DNA of 64,000 nucleotides from Bacteroidales bacterium. Its GTDB lineage: Bacteria > Bacteroidota > Bacteroidia > Bacteroidales > UBA10428. The position numbers and the translations under genes are program-made. Location: NCBI GenBank assembly GCA_041737175.1, contig JBGSSF010000035.1:10232-74231 (forward strand), in the 5' to 3' direction. The notes under the pieces are model-generated. The model was given only the letters and a program-made list of their open reading frames with translations, was not told the origin of the DNA and ran no database searches. Of the stretch, positions 37,853-49,406 are shown piece by piece. The stretch's first letter is position 1. Each line of letters opens with the position of its first letter.

Positions 37853-38638
37853 ATGAGAACTGTATGGATTGCCCTTACCTGCATGCTCATCTGGTCATGC
37901 GGCTCCCCGAAGGAATTGGCCGAGACAAATTGGATCCGGCTGTTCAACGGTACGGATCTGACCGGCTGGGATCTGAAGATCACCGGATACCCGTTAAATG
38001 AAAATTACAAAGGAATTTTCAGTGTTGAGGACAGTATTCTGAAAGTTTCCTACAATAATCTGGACAGCTTCAGGGGGGAGTTTGGTCATATTTTTTACAA
38101 ACAGCCTTTCTCGCATTACCGTTTGCGTATTGAATACAGGTTTGTTGGTGAGCAACGGCCGGGCGGACCCGGTTGGGCCATACGCAACAGCGGTGTGATG
38201 CTGCATTCGCAATCTGCCGAAAGCATGACGCTTGAACAGGATTTCCCCGTCAGCATTGAAGCGCAATTCCTGGGAGGCCTGGGTGAAGGGGAGAGATCAA
38301 CGTTAAATGTTTGTACTCCGGGCACGGATATTGATTTTAACGGACAAATGGTAGAGGGTCATTGCACGAATTCCAGCTCCAAAACCTATCATGGAGATCA
38401 ATGGGTCACTGCTGAAATAACTGTTCTCGGAGACAGCATTATCCAACATGTGATTGGGGGTGATACGGTTCTTACCTATACCCATCCGCGGATCGGACCG
38501 GAAATGAAACCTGAGGGGTTCAGCATTCCTGACGGGACACCCTTAAAGGATGGTTATATTGCGCTTCAGGCTGAAAGCCATAATGTGGAATTCCGGAAGG
38601 TTGAGTTACTGGATCTGTCGCTTTCTTTCAAAAAATAA
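37853..38638 (+). CDS. DUF1080 (3-keto-disaccharide hydrolase-like) secreted protein
   Basis: 261 aa. WIRLFNGTDLTGWD start motif and C-terminal [19 protein letters not shown], the hallmark of DUF1080/LamG-fold proteins. Confidence 0.75.
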   Translation: MRTVWIALTCMLIWSCGSPKELAETNWIRLFNGTDLTGWDLKITGYPLNENYKGIFSVEDSILKVSYNNLDSFRGEFGHIFYKQPFSHYRLRIEYRFVGEQRPGGPGWAIRNSGVMLHSQSAESMTLEQDFPVSIEAQFLGGLGEGERSTLNVCTPGTDIDFNGQMVEGHCTNSSSKTYHGDQWVTAEITVLGDSIIQHVIGGDTVLTYTHPRIGPEMKPEGFSIPDGTPLKDGYIALQAESHNVEFRKVELLDLSLSFKK

Positions 38639-39061
38639 TTTTAACAGCCTGCTGCATTCCTCCTTCATGATCCCTCCCTGCACAACAGTTTTGGGGTGAA
38701 GCAGGTTTTGCCTGATGAGGGTATAACCCCTTTTTTCATCACCGGCGCCATAGACTATTTTGGCCAGTTGGGTCCAGAATGAAGCCCCTGCGCACATCAC
38801 GCAGGGTTCAAGGGTGACATACAGGGTACAATCATTGAGGTACTTTCCGCCAATGGTATTGGTGGCTGCGGTAAAAGCCTGCATTTCGGCATGCGCTGTA
38901 GGATCGTTCAATGTTTCAGTGAGATTGTGTGCCCGGGCAATGATGCGGTTGTTCCAGACAATGACTGCCCCCACGGGTACCTCATCCTTCTCAAAGGCCC
39001 TTTGCGCTTCTTTCAGCGCTTCTTTCATGAAATACTCGTCTGTATATAGTTCCATAGACAA
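38606..39061 (-). CDS. tadA: tRNA-specific adenosine deaminase
   Basis: 151 aa with the HAEMQA and PCVMCAGA zinc motifs. Confidence 0.85.
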   Translation of the reverse strand: MSMELYTDEYFMKEALKEAQRAFEKDEVPVGAVIVWNNRIIARAHNLTETLNDPTAHAEMQAFTAATNTIGGKYLNDCTLYVTLEPCVMCAGASFWTQLAKIVYGAGDEKRGYTLIRQNLLHPKTVVQGGIMKEECSRLLKLFFERKRQIQ

Positions 39062-39111
39062 ATATTGTGATTAAATTCCTATTTTCGCAACCGTATCAAC
39101 CTATTAATTCC

Positions 39112-40863
39112 ATGTACAGAACACATACCTGCGGAGAATTGCGCCTGAGCGACAAGCAAAAGAAAGTTACATTGAGTGGCTGGATCCAGCGTTCGCGGGA
39201 TCTGGGCGGAATGACTTTCGTTGATCTCCGTGACAGATACGGCTTAACCCAGCTGGTTTTTAACATGGATACCGATGCCTCATTGTGCCAGGAAGTCCGA
39301 AAACTGGGAAGAGAATGCGTCATCCAGGCTGAAGGGATGGTAGCAGAGCGGAGCAATAAGAATCCCAAAATGCCAACAGGCGACATTGAGATCCAGGTTA
39401 AACGTTTCAGCATTCTGAATTCATCTGTCACACCGCCGTTCACCATCGAGGATGAGTCTGACGGCGGAGACGAGTTGAGAATGAAATACCGTTACCTCGA
39501 TTTGCGCAGAAATCCTTTGAAGAACAATTTACTCCTCAGGCACCAGATGGCTTACGAAACCCGTTCCTACTTGAACAGTCAGGAATTCATTGAGGTGGAG
39601 ACGCCGGTGCTGATAAAAAGCACTCCGGAAGGAGCCCGGGACTTTGTAGTCCCTTCGAGGGTAAATGCCGGTCAGTTTTATGCACTACCGCAGTCGCCGC
39701 AGACTTTCAAGCAATTGCTTATGGTGGCAGGATATGACCGGTATATGCAGATTGTCAAATGTTTCAGGGATGAGGACCTACGGGCCGACCGGCAACCTGA
39801 GTTCACCCAGATCGATTGCGAAATGGCATTCGTGCACCAGGAAGATATCCTGGTCATGTTCGAAGGCATGGTAAAACATCTTTTCAAGGCCATCAAGGGC
39901 ATTGAATTCAGTTCCGCATTTCCCAGGTTAACTTATGCAAAGGCTCTGGAGAAGTACGGGAATGACAAGCCTGACCTGCGTTTTGGGATGGAATTCGTTG
40001 ACCTTACAGGAAGTGCCAAAGGGAAGGGATTTTCAGTGCTGGACATTGCAGCATACATCGGGGCTATCGTAGCTCCCGGATGCGCAGAGTATACGCGAAA
40101 ACAAATCGACGAACTCACGGATTTCGTGAAGAAGCCACAGGTCGGAGGAAAGGGGTTGATTTATATCCGGATGGGGACTGACGGTTCGGTTAAATCATCG
40201 ATGGATAAGTTTTACACCCCGGAAGACCTGTTGGCAATAGCAGCAGTGGCAGGGGCAACGGCAGGTGACCTGGTGTTTGTCATGGCAGGGGACAAGATTC
40301 CCACGCTGAAAGCCATGAGTGAATTGCGGCTTGAAATGGGCAACCGTTTGGGCCTTCGAAAAAAGAATGTGTTCAGGCCCCTGTGGGTTGTTGATTTCCC
40401 CTTGTTCGAATGGGACGAGGAAACGAAGCGATTTTATGCGATGCATCATCCGTTTACCTCACCGAAACCCGAGGATGTGCAATATATTGAATCCGATCCT
40501 GCACGCATCCGGGCCAATGCTTATGATTGTGTGATCAACGGCGCGGAAGTCGGGGGTGGTTCCATTCGGATTTTCGAAGAACAGTTGCAAAAGAAAATGT
40601 TTAAAACGCTTGGTTTTACCGATGAAGAAGCTAAACGCCAGTTTGGATTCCTGATGGATGCCTTCCGCTATGGCGCACCTCCGCATGGTGGCATAGCTTT
40701 TGGTCTCGACAGGCTCGTATCCATCTTTGCCGGTGAAGATTCCATCCGCGATGTGATTGCCTTTCCGAAGAACAACGCCGGACGTGATGTGATGGCGGAT
40801 TGTCCGGCTGAGATTTCAGAAGAACAGTTGAAAGAGTTGTCGATTAAAGTGGTGAAACTATAA
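39112..40863 (+). CDS. aspS: aspartyl-tRNA synthetase
   Basis: The ATG at 39112 gives [11 protein letters not shown]. Class II motifs are present ([34 protein letters not shown]). Confidence 0.95.
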   Translation: MYRTHTCGELRLSDKQKKVTLSGWIQRSRDLGGMTFVDLRDRYGLTQLVFNMDTDASLCQEVRKLGRECVIQAEGMVAERSNKNPKMPTGDIEIQVKRFSILNSSVTPPFTIEDESDGGDELRMKYRYLDLRRNPLKNNLLLRHQMAYETRSYLNSQEFIEVETPVLIKSTPEGARDFVVPSRVNAGQFYALPQSPQTFKQLLMVAGYDRYMQIVKCFRDEDLRADRQPEFTQIDCEMAFVHQEDILVMFEGMVKHLFKAIKGIEFSSAFPRLTYAKALEKYGNDKPDLRFGMEFVDLTGSAKGKGFSVLDIAAYIGAIVAPGCAEYTRKQIDELTDFVKKPQVGGKGLIYIRMGTDGSVKSSMDKFYTPEDLLAIAAVAGATAGDLVFVMAGDKIPTLKAMSELRLEMGNRLGLRKKNVFRPLWVVDFPLFEWDEETKRFYAMHHPFTSPKPEDVQYIESDPARIRANAYDCVINGAEVGGGSIRIFEEQLQKKMFKTLGFTDEEAKRQFGFLMDAFRYGAPPHGGIAFGLDRLVSIFAGEDSIRDVIAFPKNNAGRDVMADCPAEISEEQLKELSIKVVKL

Positions 40864-42790
40864 TTTTCCCCACGATATCCTTTTGCGAAGGCCTCAATAT
40901 CCTGATAAGGTAAATCCCTGCGGGGATTCCTGTTTTTAGCTTTACCTCAATAATTCCCGCCTGGTGATTCACAGAATACTGATCGATTATTTTCAGCATC
41001 CTCCCGTTCAGATCCGTTATGATCAGAGCCAAGGATTTATCCGCCACGGGATCATCCAGGCGAATAAACAGGTTACCGGACACGGGATTCGGATATAGTG
41101 CAGGTACATTCCCGGCCTGCAAGCCGGAAGTCCCCAGCCGGCTTGCCGTTTGAAAAGGATTATCCCAGGTAAGTACCCTGTCGGGATTTAAACCATATCC
41201 TCTGAACACCAGTTTTCCGGTATGCACTTCGAGCACGGAAAAAGAATTGAATTCCTGGGTAAGAAGCATGCCTGCCTGGTCGATGTAATGGATCCCGTTC
41301 CTGAATCCGTAGTTGCCATAATGGTAATGCCCGTTAATGTATGCTACCACATGGGGATACTCCTCAATCAATGCCATGATCTCTTCATTGTTCCATAAGT
41401 TCAGGTAAATCGTATCGGGATAAAGCGGAAAATGGCAAAAAAGGATGACATGCTGTTTTGCATTGTACGCTGAAAGCAGCTGGTCTCTGATCCATTTTCT
41501 TTGATCTCTCCCGATCCCACCGTTCGATTCACGATTATTGACCTTGTCCTGTACCTCCTGGAAAAGGCTGTCGCCCTCCCCGGCAAGGTCCGGATGGAGG
41601 TAGCGCGTATAGGCGGCAAGTTCAGTCCCGTCGAGCATCAGGAATCGCCAGTTCTTATAATTGAATCCGTAGTAATAATCGGGCATGCCATTGCGCTGTA
41701 AAATCGATGACATCATTGAATCAGGAATTTCTTCAAATTCATGATTGCCAAGAACATTGTGCCACGGCATCCTGAGATCCTGGTAAAACTGGTAAACGGA
41801 ATCATAGTTAGCATAATTCCGGTCAATCATATCACCCAGGTTCATGACAAAATCAACCTGGAATTTATTCATGGAATCGATCGCCACAGGAAGTTTATGG
41901 AGTGCACTCCGGAATATTTTTGCGCCGTCGGGATCACAATCGCAGTATTGCGGATCGGCTATGAGTCCAATGCTGAACAGAAATGTATCTTCGTTTGCGG
42001 GCTGCAATTCGGCATCGAAGGGAGCGTTTTCAGCCCAGCTTCCCCCTGATCCCGACCAGTTCAGATGGGGAATCGCCCCGGAGCAGGATATCATGGTACC
42101 GGTTCCCTCATTAAAACCTGCACGGATTATCAAACCTGTTTCACTGGCAGGTATTTCCCTGTTCATGTTTTCAACGATCTGCTGCTGTGTTCTGGCATAA
42201 TTCCAGATCCTCAACTCATCCAGCTTTCCGGCAAACTCACCGTCAAACTGACCCGGGGAACCCGCCATACCTCCTATAACCAATGCACTGGTATCCTCAA
42301 AAGAGGGTAGGGCGCCTATTTCCATTTCAGTTTCAGGTTTACCGTCGAGAAATATTCTGAGTGTTTTTTTATCATAGGTGGCTGATACATGATACCACCG
42401 GTTGTTTTCCAGCGGATGATAACCGGCAACAGGGTGATTCCGGTATGGATTGACAGCTGACCCGGATGATTCAAAGTCAAAGACCAATATGCCATCCTCC
42501 TGGCGTAATCCCAGAAAGTAATTCAAACCGGATTCACGTGACAGATTCTCCACCCCTTTGCTGATGATTGGAATTGCCTCTACGCCACCCCGTCCGGTGT
42601 GCACGCTTATTCCTTCCCCGTTTCGCATCAGCCAGCATTCCAGGGTGAATTCCTGCAGGGAAAGCTCTCCCTGGTAAGGAGATGAAAGGTAGATCTCCCC
42701 GTCCCTGAAATGAATGGAGGTCTGGGAATGTATACCGGTAAATAAACAGGTGCTGATGAATGCGAGGAGGATTCTTTTTGAGATATCCAT
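40844..42790 (-). CDS. LamG-domain metallophosphoesterase with a T9SS C-terminal sorting domain
   Basis: The ATG at 42790 gives [23 protein letters not shown]. It has a LamG-like lectin domain (LDELRIWN), a calcineurin-like core (GDMIDR, GNHEF, INGHYH), and a C-terminal [14 protein letters not shown]...IIVSPL. Confidence 0.7.
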   Translation of the reverse strand: MDISKRILLAFISTCLFTGIHSQTSIHFRDGEIYLSSPYQGELSLQEFTLECWLMRNGEGISVHTGRGGVEAIPIISKGVENLSRESGLNYFLGLRQEDGILVFDFESSGSAVNPYRNHPVAGYHPLENNRWYHVSATYDKKTLRIFLDGKPETEMEIGALPSFEDTSALVIGGMAGSPGQFDGEFAGKLDELRIWNYARTQQQIVENMNREIPASETGLIIRAGFNEGTGTMISCSGAIPHLNWSGSGGSWAENAPFDAELQPANEDTFLFSIGLIADPQYCDCDPDGAKIFRSALHKLPVAIDSMNKFQVDFVMNLGDMIDRNYANYDSVYQFYQDLRMPWHNVLGNHEFEEIPDSMMSSILQRNGMPDYYYGFNYKNWRFLMLDGTELAAYTRYLHPDLAGEGDSLFQEVQDKVNNRESNGGIGRDQRKWIRDQLLSAYNAKQHVILFCHFPLYPDTIYLNLWNNEEIMALIEEYPHVVAYINGHYHYGNYGFRNGIHYIDQAGMLLTQEFNSFSVLEVHTGKLVFRGYGLNPDRVLTWDNPFQTASRLGTSGLQAGNVPALYPNPVSGNLFIRLDDPVADKSLALIITDLNGRMLKIIDQYSVNHQAGIIEVKLKTGIPAGIYLIRILRPSQKDIVGKIIVSPL

Positions 42791-42863
42791 GGGATCGATA
42801 GTTGGTAAACGAATATAATGATAAATAGGGATTATTCCAAGAATTGCCCGAGTGCAGTATGGG

Positions 42864-42905
42864 CTTCGACTACGCCTGCCGGCAGGCAGGCAGGTGTAGT
42901 CGAAG
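42864..42905. repeat. GC-rich hairpin repeat upstream of the metallophosphoesterase gene
   Basis: CTTCGACTAC-GCCTGCCGGCAGGC-aggcagg-t-GTAGTCGAAG. The inner GCCTGCC|GGCAGGC is a perfect 14-bp palindrome. Confidence 0.75.
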
Positions 42906-43064
42906 GGATCGTCCGTTACCGTACACATGTTGTATCGAAATAATACAGGACTTATAAATCCTAAATATCATTTAAAACACAGATATATAGACAGATATAG
43001 AGTTTGGCATGGTTCATGTTTTCTATGTTTAAACAAGACAACTAAAAAACCAACATAAGCAACC

Positions 43065-43562
43065 ATGAAAACAAAAACCAATATCAACGGGCTTGCCAAA
43101 ATGAGTTTACTCACTTCGGCCATTTTCTTCATGTCAGCCATATCGCCTGCCCAGGCTTTCCCGGGCAATGATACTGAAACCCTTGCAGCCTATGACAGGC
43201 TCAATGCGCTGAACAGGACCATGGAAGAATCACTGAAATACAGGGCATCTATGGTGAACGAAGATGCAGAAAACTATGCAGTTCAAACAGCGCAGGACAG
43301 ACTTGAAAACTTAGAACTGGCCGTTCAGGAAGCAATCATTTACGAGGCATCCATGGTAAATGAAGATGCAGAGGTCTATGAACTTGCAGCTGCCATGGAT
43401 AGGCTTGAGAACAGGATCCTGGCAAGCGAGGAAGCCGTCAAATTTCACGCTCCGTCAGCACTGGAAAATGATGTTCTCCGGGACAGGATTGAATATGTCG
43501 ATAACAGGGTTTATACCCTGCCGGTATCTGAAATGGCATTCGGTTTGGGATTGACAAGATAA
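43065..43562 (+). CDS. hypothetical secreted protein with an internal ~34-aa duplication
   Basis: 165 aa with a signal peptide ending PAQA. ASMVNEDAENYAVQTAQDRLENLELAVQEAI repeats as ASMVNEDAEVYELAAAMDRLENRILASEEAV. Confidence 0.5.
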   Translation: MKTKTNINGLAKMSLLTSAIFFMSAISPAQAFPGNDTETLAAYDRLNALNRTMEESLKYRASMVNEDAENYAVQTAQDRLENLELAVQEAIIYEASMVNEDAEVYELAAAMDRLENRILASEEAVKFHAPSALENDVLRDRIEYVDNRVYTLPVSEMAFGLGLTR

Positions 43563-43571
43563 GGTATCTTG

Positions 43572-45359
43572 TCAATCCAGTTTCAGCACAGCCAGAAAGG
43601 CTGACTGGGGAACTTCCACGTTCCCGATCTGACGCATCCGTTTCTTGCCCTTCTTCTGTTTTTCAAGCAACTTCCGCTTTCTGGTAATATCACCACCATA
43701 ACATTTCGCTGTAACGTCTTTCCTGAGTGCTTTTACAGTCTCCCTTGAAATTATTTTTGCACCGATAGCTGCCTGAATGGCAATATCAAATTGCTGTCGC
43801 GGGATCAACTCACGCAGTTTTTCGCATATCCTGCGGCCGAATGAATAGGCATTGTCGCGATGGATCAGGGATGATAAGGCATCCACCATATCTCCGTTCA
43901 GCAGGATATCAAGCTTGACCAGATTGGCCGGCTTATAACCCGTATAATGGTAGTCAAAGGAGGCATATCCTTTGGAAATGCTTTTCAGTTTATCATAAAA
44001 ATCAAAAACAATTTCAGCCAGGGGCATTTCAAATCTGAGTTCGATCCTGTTCGTTGTAAGATACACCTGGTTTTTCAGTACACCGCGTTTATCGATGCAA
44101 AGCTTCATCACGGGACCTACATAATCAGCCTGGCAGATGATTTCAGCCTCAATATAGGGTTCTTCAATCACATCGAGATAGATTTGATCGGGCAAACCGG
44201 AAGGATTGTGCACATCAATGGATTCACCCTTATTGGTGATTACCCGGTATGAAACGTTGGGGACCGTGTTAATTACATCCATGTCGAATTCCCTGTCGAG
44301 ACGTTCCTGCACAATTTCCATGTGTAGCAGACCCAGGAACCCGCAACGAAAACCAAATCCAAGGGCAGCTGAGGATTCGGGAATGAAGGAAAGCGAAGCA
44401 TCGTTGAGCTGCAGTTTTTCAAGTGAGGCCCTCAATTCTTCATAATCATCCGCATCAATCGGGTAAATACCGGCGAACACCATGGGCTTCACTTCCACGA
44501 ACCCATCGATGGCCTTATCACAGGGCTTGTCGTAGTGGGTGATGGTGTCTCCTACTTTGACATCCCTGGCCGATTTGATACCGGAAATTATATAACCCAC
44601 ATCGCCGGTACTGAGTTCCTGACGCGATTCGAATTTTAGTTTGAGTACCCCGATCTCATCGGCCCCGTAATCCTTTCCCATGTTCACAAACTTCACATGA
44701 TCGCCCTTTCGGATTGTTCCGTTCATGATCTTGAAATAGGCAAATATACCCCGGAAGGAATTGAAGACCGAATCGAAGATCAGTGCTTGCAGCGGTGCCG
44801 CGGGGTCACCTTTGGGCGGTGGTATCTGCGTGATTATCCTTTCCAGGATTTTGTCAACACCAGCCCCGGTTTTTGCACTAACCTCTATGATCTCTTCGCG
44901 CTTGCAACCGGTAAGATCCACGATCTGATCCTTCACTTCCTCAGGCATGGCACTGGGCATATCCATTTTATTAAGCACAGGAATGATCTCGAGGGCATGG
45001 TCAACAGCCTGGTAGAGGTTCGATATGGTCTGGGCTTGTATGCCCTGCGTGGCATCAACTACCAGGAGGGCGCCTTCACAGGCAGCAATGGCTCTTGATA
45101 CTTCATAGGAAAAATCTACATGCCCGGGAGTATCAATCAGGTTCAATATGTAATTGTTGCCCTGGAATTCGTATTCCATCTGAATCGCGTGACTCTTGAT
45201 GGTTATTCCCCTTTCCCTTTCCAGGTCCATGTTATCGAGGACCTGATCCTGGAAATCCCTGTCAGCCAGGGTATGTGTTATCTGAATAAGGCGATCCGCC
45301 AGGGTGCTCTTACCGTGGTCAATATGGGCTATGATGCAAAAATTACGGATCCTGTCCAT
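43572..45359 (-). CDS. lepA: translation elongation factor 4
   Basis: 595 aa. [20 protein letters not shown] and DTPGHVDF, with the LepA-specific C-terminal domain. Confidence 0.95.
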   Translation of the reverse strand: MDRIRNFCIIAHIDHGKSTLADRLIQITHTLADRDFQDQVLDNMDLERERGITIKSHAIQMEYEFQGNNYILNLIDTPGHVDFSYEVSRAIAACEGALLVVDATQGIQAQTISNLYQAVDHALEIIPVLNKMDMPSAMPEEVKDQIVDLTGCKREEIIEVSAKTGAGVDKILERIITQIPPPKGDPAAPLQALIFDSVFNSFRGIFAYFKIMNGTIRKGDHVKFVNMGKDYGADEIGVLKLKFESRQELSTGDVGYIISGIKSARDVKVGDTITHYDKPCDKAIDGFVEVKPMVFAGIYPIDADDYEELRASLEKLQLNDASLSFIPESSAALGFGFRCGFLGLLHMEIVQERLDREFDMDVINTVPNVSYRVITNKGESIDVHNPSGLPDQIYLDVIEEPYIEAEIICQADYVGPVMKLCIDKRGVLKNQVYLTTNRIELRFEMPLAEIVFDFYDKLKSISKGYASFDYHYTGYKPANLVKLDILLNGDMVDALSSLIHRDNAYSFGRRICEKLRELIPRQQFDIAIQAAIGAKIISRETVKALRKDVTAKCYGGDITRKRKLLEKQKKGKKRMRQIGNVEVPQSAFLAVLKLD

Positions 45360-45384
45360 TCACAAATCTTTAGTGTAACGGGCA

Positions 45385-45392
45385 CAAAGATA
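45385..45392 (-). promoter_or_regulatory. -7 box candidate (TATCTTTG) for lepA
   Basis: The minus strand reads TATCTTTG, matching TAnnTTTG, about 26 nt upstream of the ATG. Confidence 0.3.
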
Positions 45393-45459
45393 TTTATTTG
45401 GGAATAAATTCACATATTTTTAATATTTTCGGCGATGTAAAGCCTAATTCATCACCAAA

Positions 45460-45936
45460 ATGACAGACAAAACCGTTGACATCATCCCCTGTGATTTCGG
45501 CAATCCGGCTCATTGCAATGCACTTGTCGCGCTGATGAATGAATACATCTGTGACAAAATGGGCGGCGGAGTTCCTTACACCGAATTGCAAAAGACGCAG
45601 CTGGTAGAAGGATTGAAAAACCATCCCTCGAAACTGGTATTGCTGGCCGTTGCCGGTGATGAGTATATCGGTCTGACGAATTGTTTTGTCAATTTCGCTA
45701 CTTTTACGGTAAAGCCATTTGTCAATATCCACGACGTTATTGTAACCGATTCCTGGAGGAACAACCGGATTGGCCGGAAACTGATTGAAAAGGTAATTGA
45801 AAAGGCCGCGGAGCTGGGCTGTTCCAAAGTCACGCTTGAGGTCAGGGCAGATAACCATAATGCCAGGTATCTTTATGATTCCCTGGGCTTTCATGACGCT
45901 GAACCACGACAATATTACTGGACCAAATATTTGTAA
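45460..45936 (+). CDS. GNAT-family N-acetyltransferase
   Basis: 158 aa. The acetyl-CoA binding motif is WRNNRIGRKLIEKVIEKA (R/Q-x-x-G-x-G/A type). Confidence 0.8.
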   Translation: MTDKTVDIIPCDFGNPAHCNALVALMNEYICDKMGGGVPYTELQKTQLVEGLKNHPSKLVLLAVAGDEYIGLTNCFVNFATFTVKPFVNIHDVIVTDSWRNNRIGRKLIEKVIEKAAELGCSKVTLEVRADNHNARYLYDSLGFHDAEPRQYYWTKYL

Positions 45937-45954
45937 ACCCAAAAGAATCGCGTT

Positions 45955-46812
45955 ATGCTGTACTTTACCGATCAGGAAATTGATCAGCTTATGACTGAGG
46001 ATGTGCCGTATTTTGATCTGACAACCTCTCTGCTGAGACTCGAAAACAAACCTGCCAAGATACAGGTGACAACCCGTGAACCCACTGTAGTCTGTTGCAC
46101 GGAGGAGGTCATGAAGATATTCAATAAATCCGGTGTTCAAACCACGCTGTTCACCCCAAGCGGCGAGCACCTCGAGAAGGATGTGAAGTTCCTGGAAGGA
46201 GAAGGTCTGTCGGGAAGCCTTTTTACCATTGCCCGAACCATTGAGAATCTGTTGCGGTATGCTTCCGGAATAGCTACCCGCACGCGCATGCTCCTGGAGA
46301 AGGCGCATGAGGCCAATCCGGATATAATGGTCGCCACCACCCGCAAGGTTATTCCCTACACCCGGAAAATTGCCATCAAGGCTGTAAATTCAGGCGGCGC
46401 TACCATTCATCGGTTCGGGCTCTCCGAATCCATACTGATTTATAAAAACCATTATCATTTTCTGGGGGGAATTGAAAACCTGGAGAAGAGACTGAAAGAA
46501 CAAAGGGCAAGGGCCGGAGGAAAAATGATTACGGTGGAAGTGGAAACACCGGAAGATGCACTTAGGGTAGTCAAAACCGGTGTGGATGTCGTGCAGCTGG
46601 ATAAGTTCTCCCCGGCAGACATCCGAAAGATCAGGAAGGCGATCCTGAAATCGGGATCCGGCACTAAACTGGCGGCAGCAGGAAATATTACGATTAAAAA
46701 TGTCTCCGATTACGCCGGCTCGGGCGCAGATATACTGGTCACATCCTGGCCTTATTATGGTGAGCCGGCAGATATGACAATCAGCATTCAACCCATTTTT
46801 GACCTGTACTGA
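45955..46812 (+). CDS. modD: ModD protein (quinolinate phosphoribosyltransferase-like)
   Basis: 285 aa. The N-terminus DQEIDQLMTEDVPYFDLTT and overall length are typical of ModD. Confidence 0.7.
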   Translation: MLYFTDQEIDQLMTEDVPYFDLTTSLLRLENKPAKIQVTTREPTVVCCTEEVMKIFNKSGVQTTLFTPSGEHLEKDVKFLEGEGLSGSLFTIARTIENLLRYASGIATRTRMLLEKAHEANPDIMVATTRKVIPYTRKIAIKAVNSGGATIHRFGLSESILIYKNHYHFLGGIENLEKRLKEQRARAGGKMITVEVETPEDALRVVKTGVDVVQLDKFSPADIRKIRKAILKSGSGTKLAAAGNITIKNVSDYAGSGADILVTSWPYYGEPADMTISIQPIFDLY

Positions 46813-49236
46813 TCACTCGTATTTCAGGGCCATGCCCGGATTGGTGCGTGATAGCAGCCAGGCATGATAATAGATCGTCACCAGGGAGATGATGAGTACA
46901 ATTCCTGATGCAGCCAGAAAATAAAGCACATTCACGTTGGTGTGATACGCATAGTCCTCTAACCAGGCCTTGATCAGGAAGTGCGACAGAATCCATGCCC
47001 CAACCGATGCCGTCAGGGTCATACCTGTAATTTCCCAGATCTTTTGAAGAATAATATGCCGGTTGCTGGCACCTAAAGCCTTTTGAACACCAACCTCGCG
47101 TTTTCGCCTGAAGTAATTGTATGAAGCGAGCGCAAACAAGCCCAGGCTGGAAATTATAACTGCGATGATCGAGAGAAGTGAGAATACCCTGCCGGTTTCC
47201 CGCACAGGATTATAGTAGGATACCCTGTCATCGTCAAGGATATAGCTCACAAACGGATATGCGGAGGTATAGCTTTCCCAAACCGTGCGGAGATACTGAA
47301 TCGTGCTATCCTGATCTTCGGGGGTCATTCTCACGGTAAGGTATCCTTCCAAATTGCCGGGCATAAGGACCATCACCATGGGAGGTATCGGATTATCAAG
47401 TGTTTCCAGGTGAAAGTCCTTCACGACACCGATGATGCTGTATGCAGATTTTTTACTATGCTTTTCGGTGAGGTGGATAATTCTTTTGCCCAGAGGATCC
47501 TCAATTCCCATAGTTCGGGCAGTGGTTTCATTGATTACACAAGATAACGAATCGGTCGGAACGGACCGGTCAAAAAACCGGCCCCGGGTGATTTCGAACC
47601 TGTAAGTGGAATCGAAACCATAACTCACCAAAATTAGGGCAGCGGAGTAGTTTTGGGTAACCGGACTTCCTTCCGGATAAAATGGCGTATGGGTGAAGAT
47701 TCCGCCGGGTATACTGTTTGAATTGGTAACGGATGCAATACCGGGATGCCTGCTGATTTGTTCTTTGTATGCTTCCAGCTTGCCGGCAAGTCCATCAGGT
47801 CGTCTGATGACCACAAGGTCCTTTGTGTCGTACCCGCGTTCTTTGTTGATCAGATACCGGTACTGGCCAAAGATCAACAGGGTCATGGTAATCACACCAA
47901 CGGCAATAAAGAGCTGGAACAGGACGAGACCTGACCTGAAATAGCTTTTCCGGGGGCTCTCCTGCAACCAGTTGCGCATGGTCTTTGCAGGATTATATTT
48001 TGACAGGTGCAAGGCAGGATACAACCCTGATAACAGACCAATCACCAGGATCAGTATAACCAACAGCAGGATGCCCGAAGAATTCAGGATTTGGCGAAGG
48101 CTGAGGTGCAGGCCAAGATACCTGCTGAATGACGGCAATGCCAGTTCAGTGATGAGCAAGGCAATTGCCATGCCAAAGAAAGTCATCAGAGAGGATTCCA
48201 ACAGGAACTGACGAACCAGTATCCTTCTGTCGGATCCGGCAATTTTGCGGATGCCTACTTCCTTGGCCCGGAAAATGGAGTGGGCAGTGACCAGGCTCAT
48301 AAAATTCAGGCAGGAAAAAATCAGGATGATCATGGCCAAAGCAACAAAAACATAGATGTACAGAATTTTTCCGACAGGTTCAAATTCAGCAGAAAAATCT
48401 GATTTCAGATGAATGGCCGTGAGCGGTTGCATGATGTAGGAATAATGGTCCCTGTCGGATGAGGCTTGTTCGGTGTTTACCCCCAGCATTTTTTGATAGT
48501 TCGGGAACACGTATTTTACTACGATATTATCGAGATCTTTCCGGATTTTTTCAAGGGATGCATCCTCCCTGGCCAGGACATAGGTATACAGAAAACTGGC
48601 CACCCATTGTTTGTTTAATCGTTTATCATAGGTGGAAAGCGCCCCAACCATGTCGAAATGCATGTGGGAGTTCTCGGGGATATCCTCCATGACGCCCGTC
48701 ACCAGGTAATAGGTGGAATCGTTTTCAATCCGCAATCTTTTACCGATTGGATCTTCCTGACCGAAATATCTCTCCACAGCTGTTCTGCTAAGAACAATGC
48801 TGAAGGGCTTTTTAATCACTTCCTCCGGGGAACCCTGGATGAGTGGAAAGGAGAAAATCCGGAAAAATGTGGAGTCTGCAAAAATGATATTGTCTTCATT
48901 GTATTTTGCATTTCCGTAACGCACAAGCCAGGCGCCAAAACGGCCTATCCTGACTGCGTTTTCGATATCCGGGATCTCTCGGACCGCCGTACGGGCAAGC
49001 GGCGAGGGTGTGATTGCATGATTAAAGGTGTTGTCCGCTACCTGCCCCTTAATGCCAATCCGGTAAATCCGCCTGGCATTTTCATGAAAACGGTCATAAC
49101 TGAGCTCTTTATGGGCGTAAAGGAAGATGACAATACCAAACGCAAGGCCAATAGCCAAGCCAAAGATATTAATGAGGGTGTATGCACGGTCCCTAAGTAA
49201 TATCCTGATTGCTACCTTAAAGAAGCTACCAAACAT
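46813..49236 (-). CDS. FtsX-like ABC transporter permease (MacB-type, duplicated)
   Basis: 807 aa. Two FtsX 4-TM modules are separated by large periplasmic domains. There is no adjacent ATPase gene. Confidence 0.8.
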   Translation of the reverse strand: MFGSFFKVAIRILLRDRAYTLINIFGLAIGLAFGIVIFLYAHKELSYDRFHENARRIYRIGIKGQVADNTFNHAITPSPLARTAVREIPDIENAVRIGRFGAWLVRYGNAKYNEDNIIFADSTFFRIFSFPLIQGSPEEVIKKPFSIVLSRTAVERYFGQEDPIGKRLRIENDSTYYLVTGVMEDIPENSHMHFDMVGALSTYDKRLNKQWVASFLYTYVLAREDASLEKIRKDLDNIVVKYVFPNYQKMLGVNTEQASSDRDHYSYIMQPLTAIHLKSDFSAEFEPVGKILYIYVFVALAMIILIFSCLNFMSLVTAHSIFRAKEVGIRKIAGSDRRILVRQFLLESSLMTFFGMAIALLITELALPSFSRYLGLHLSLRQILNSSGILLLVILILVIGLLSGLYPALHLSKYNPAKTMRNWLQESPRKSYFRSGLVLFQLFIAVGVITMTLLIFGQYRYLINKERGYDTKDLVVIRRPDGLAGKLEAYKEQISRHPGIASVTNSNSIPGGIFTHTPFYPEGSPVTQNYSAALILVSYGFDSTYRFEITRGRFFDRSVPTDSLSCVINETTARTMGIEDPLGKRIIHLTEKHSKKSAYSIIGVVKDFHLETLDNPIPPMVMVLMPGNLEGYLTVRMTPEDQDSTIQYLRTVWESYTSAYPFVSYILDDDRVSYYNPVRETGRVFSLLSIIAVIISSLGLFALASYNYFRRKREVGVQKALGASNRHIILQKIWEITGMTLTASVGAWILSHFLIKAWLEDYAYHTNVNVLYFLAASGIVLIISLVTIYYHAWLLSRTNPGMALKYE

Positions 49237-49406
49237 ACAGGCAAACGATTGAAATGATAAGGTCCTCCCCGCCCATAGGGCTCAACATTCATGCCAGCGA
49301 TTGTAATCGTAATATATATAGAAGGTTAGTTGTTTTTCTAACGTAAAAAAATATTTCAATGTGTACGATTCCGAACAAATGATGTTCGGAAACGGACGAT
49401 TTTGGG

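Noticed and set aside
38606-38638. 33-nt convergent overlap of tadA and the DUF1080 gene (and the 20-nt overlap of aspS with the metallophosphoesterase gene at 40844..40863), considered as a frameshift or mis-assembly
   Set aside because: Both partners are full length with intact conserved cores. The overlaps involve only non-conserved C-terminal tails.
45394-46308. 304-aa minus-strand ORF
   Set aside because: It is antisense to the well-supported GNAT and modD genes and spans their intergenic gap. It has no recognisable motifs, signal or start context.
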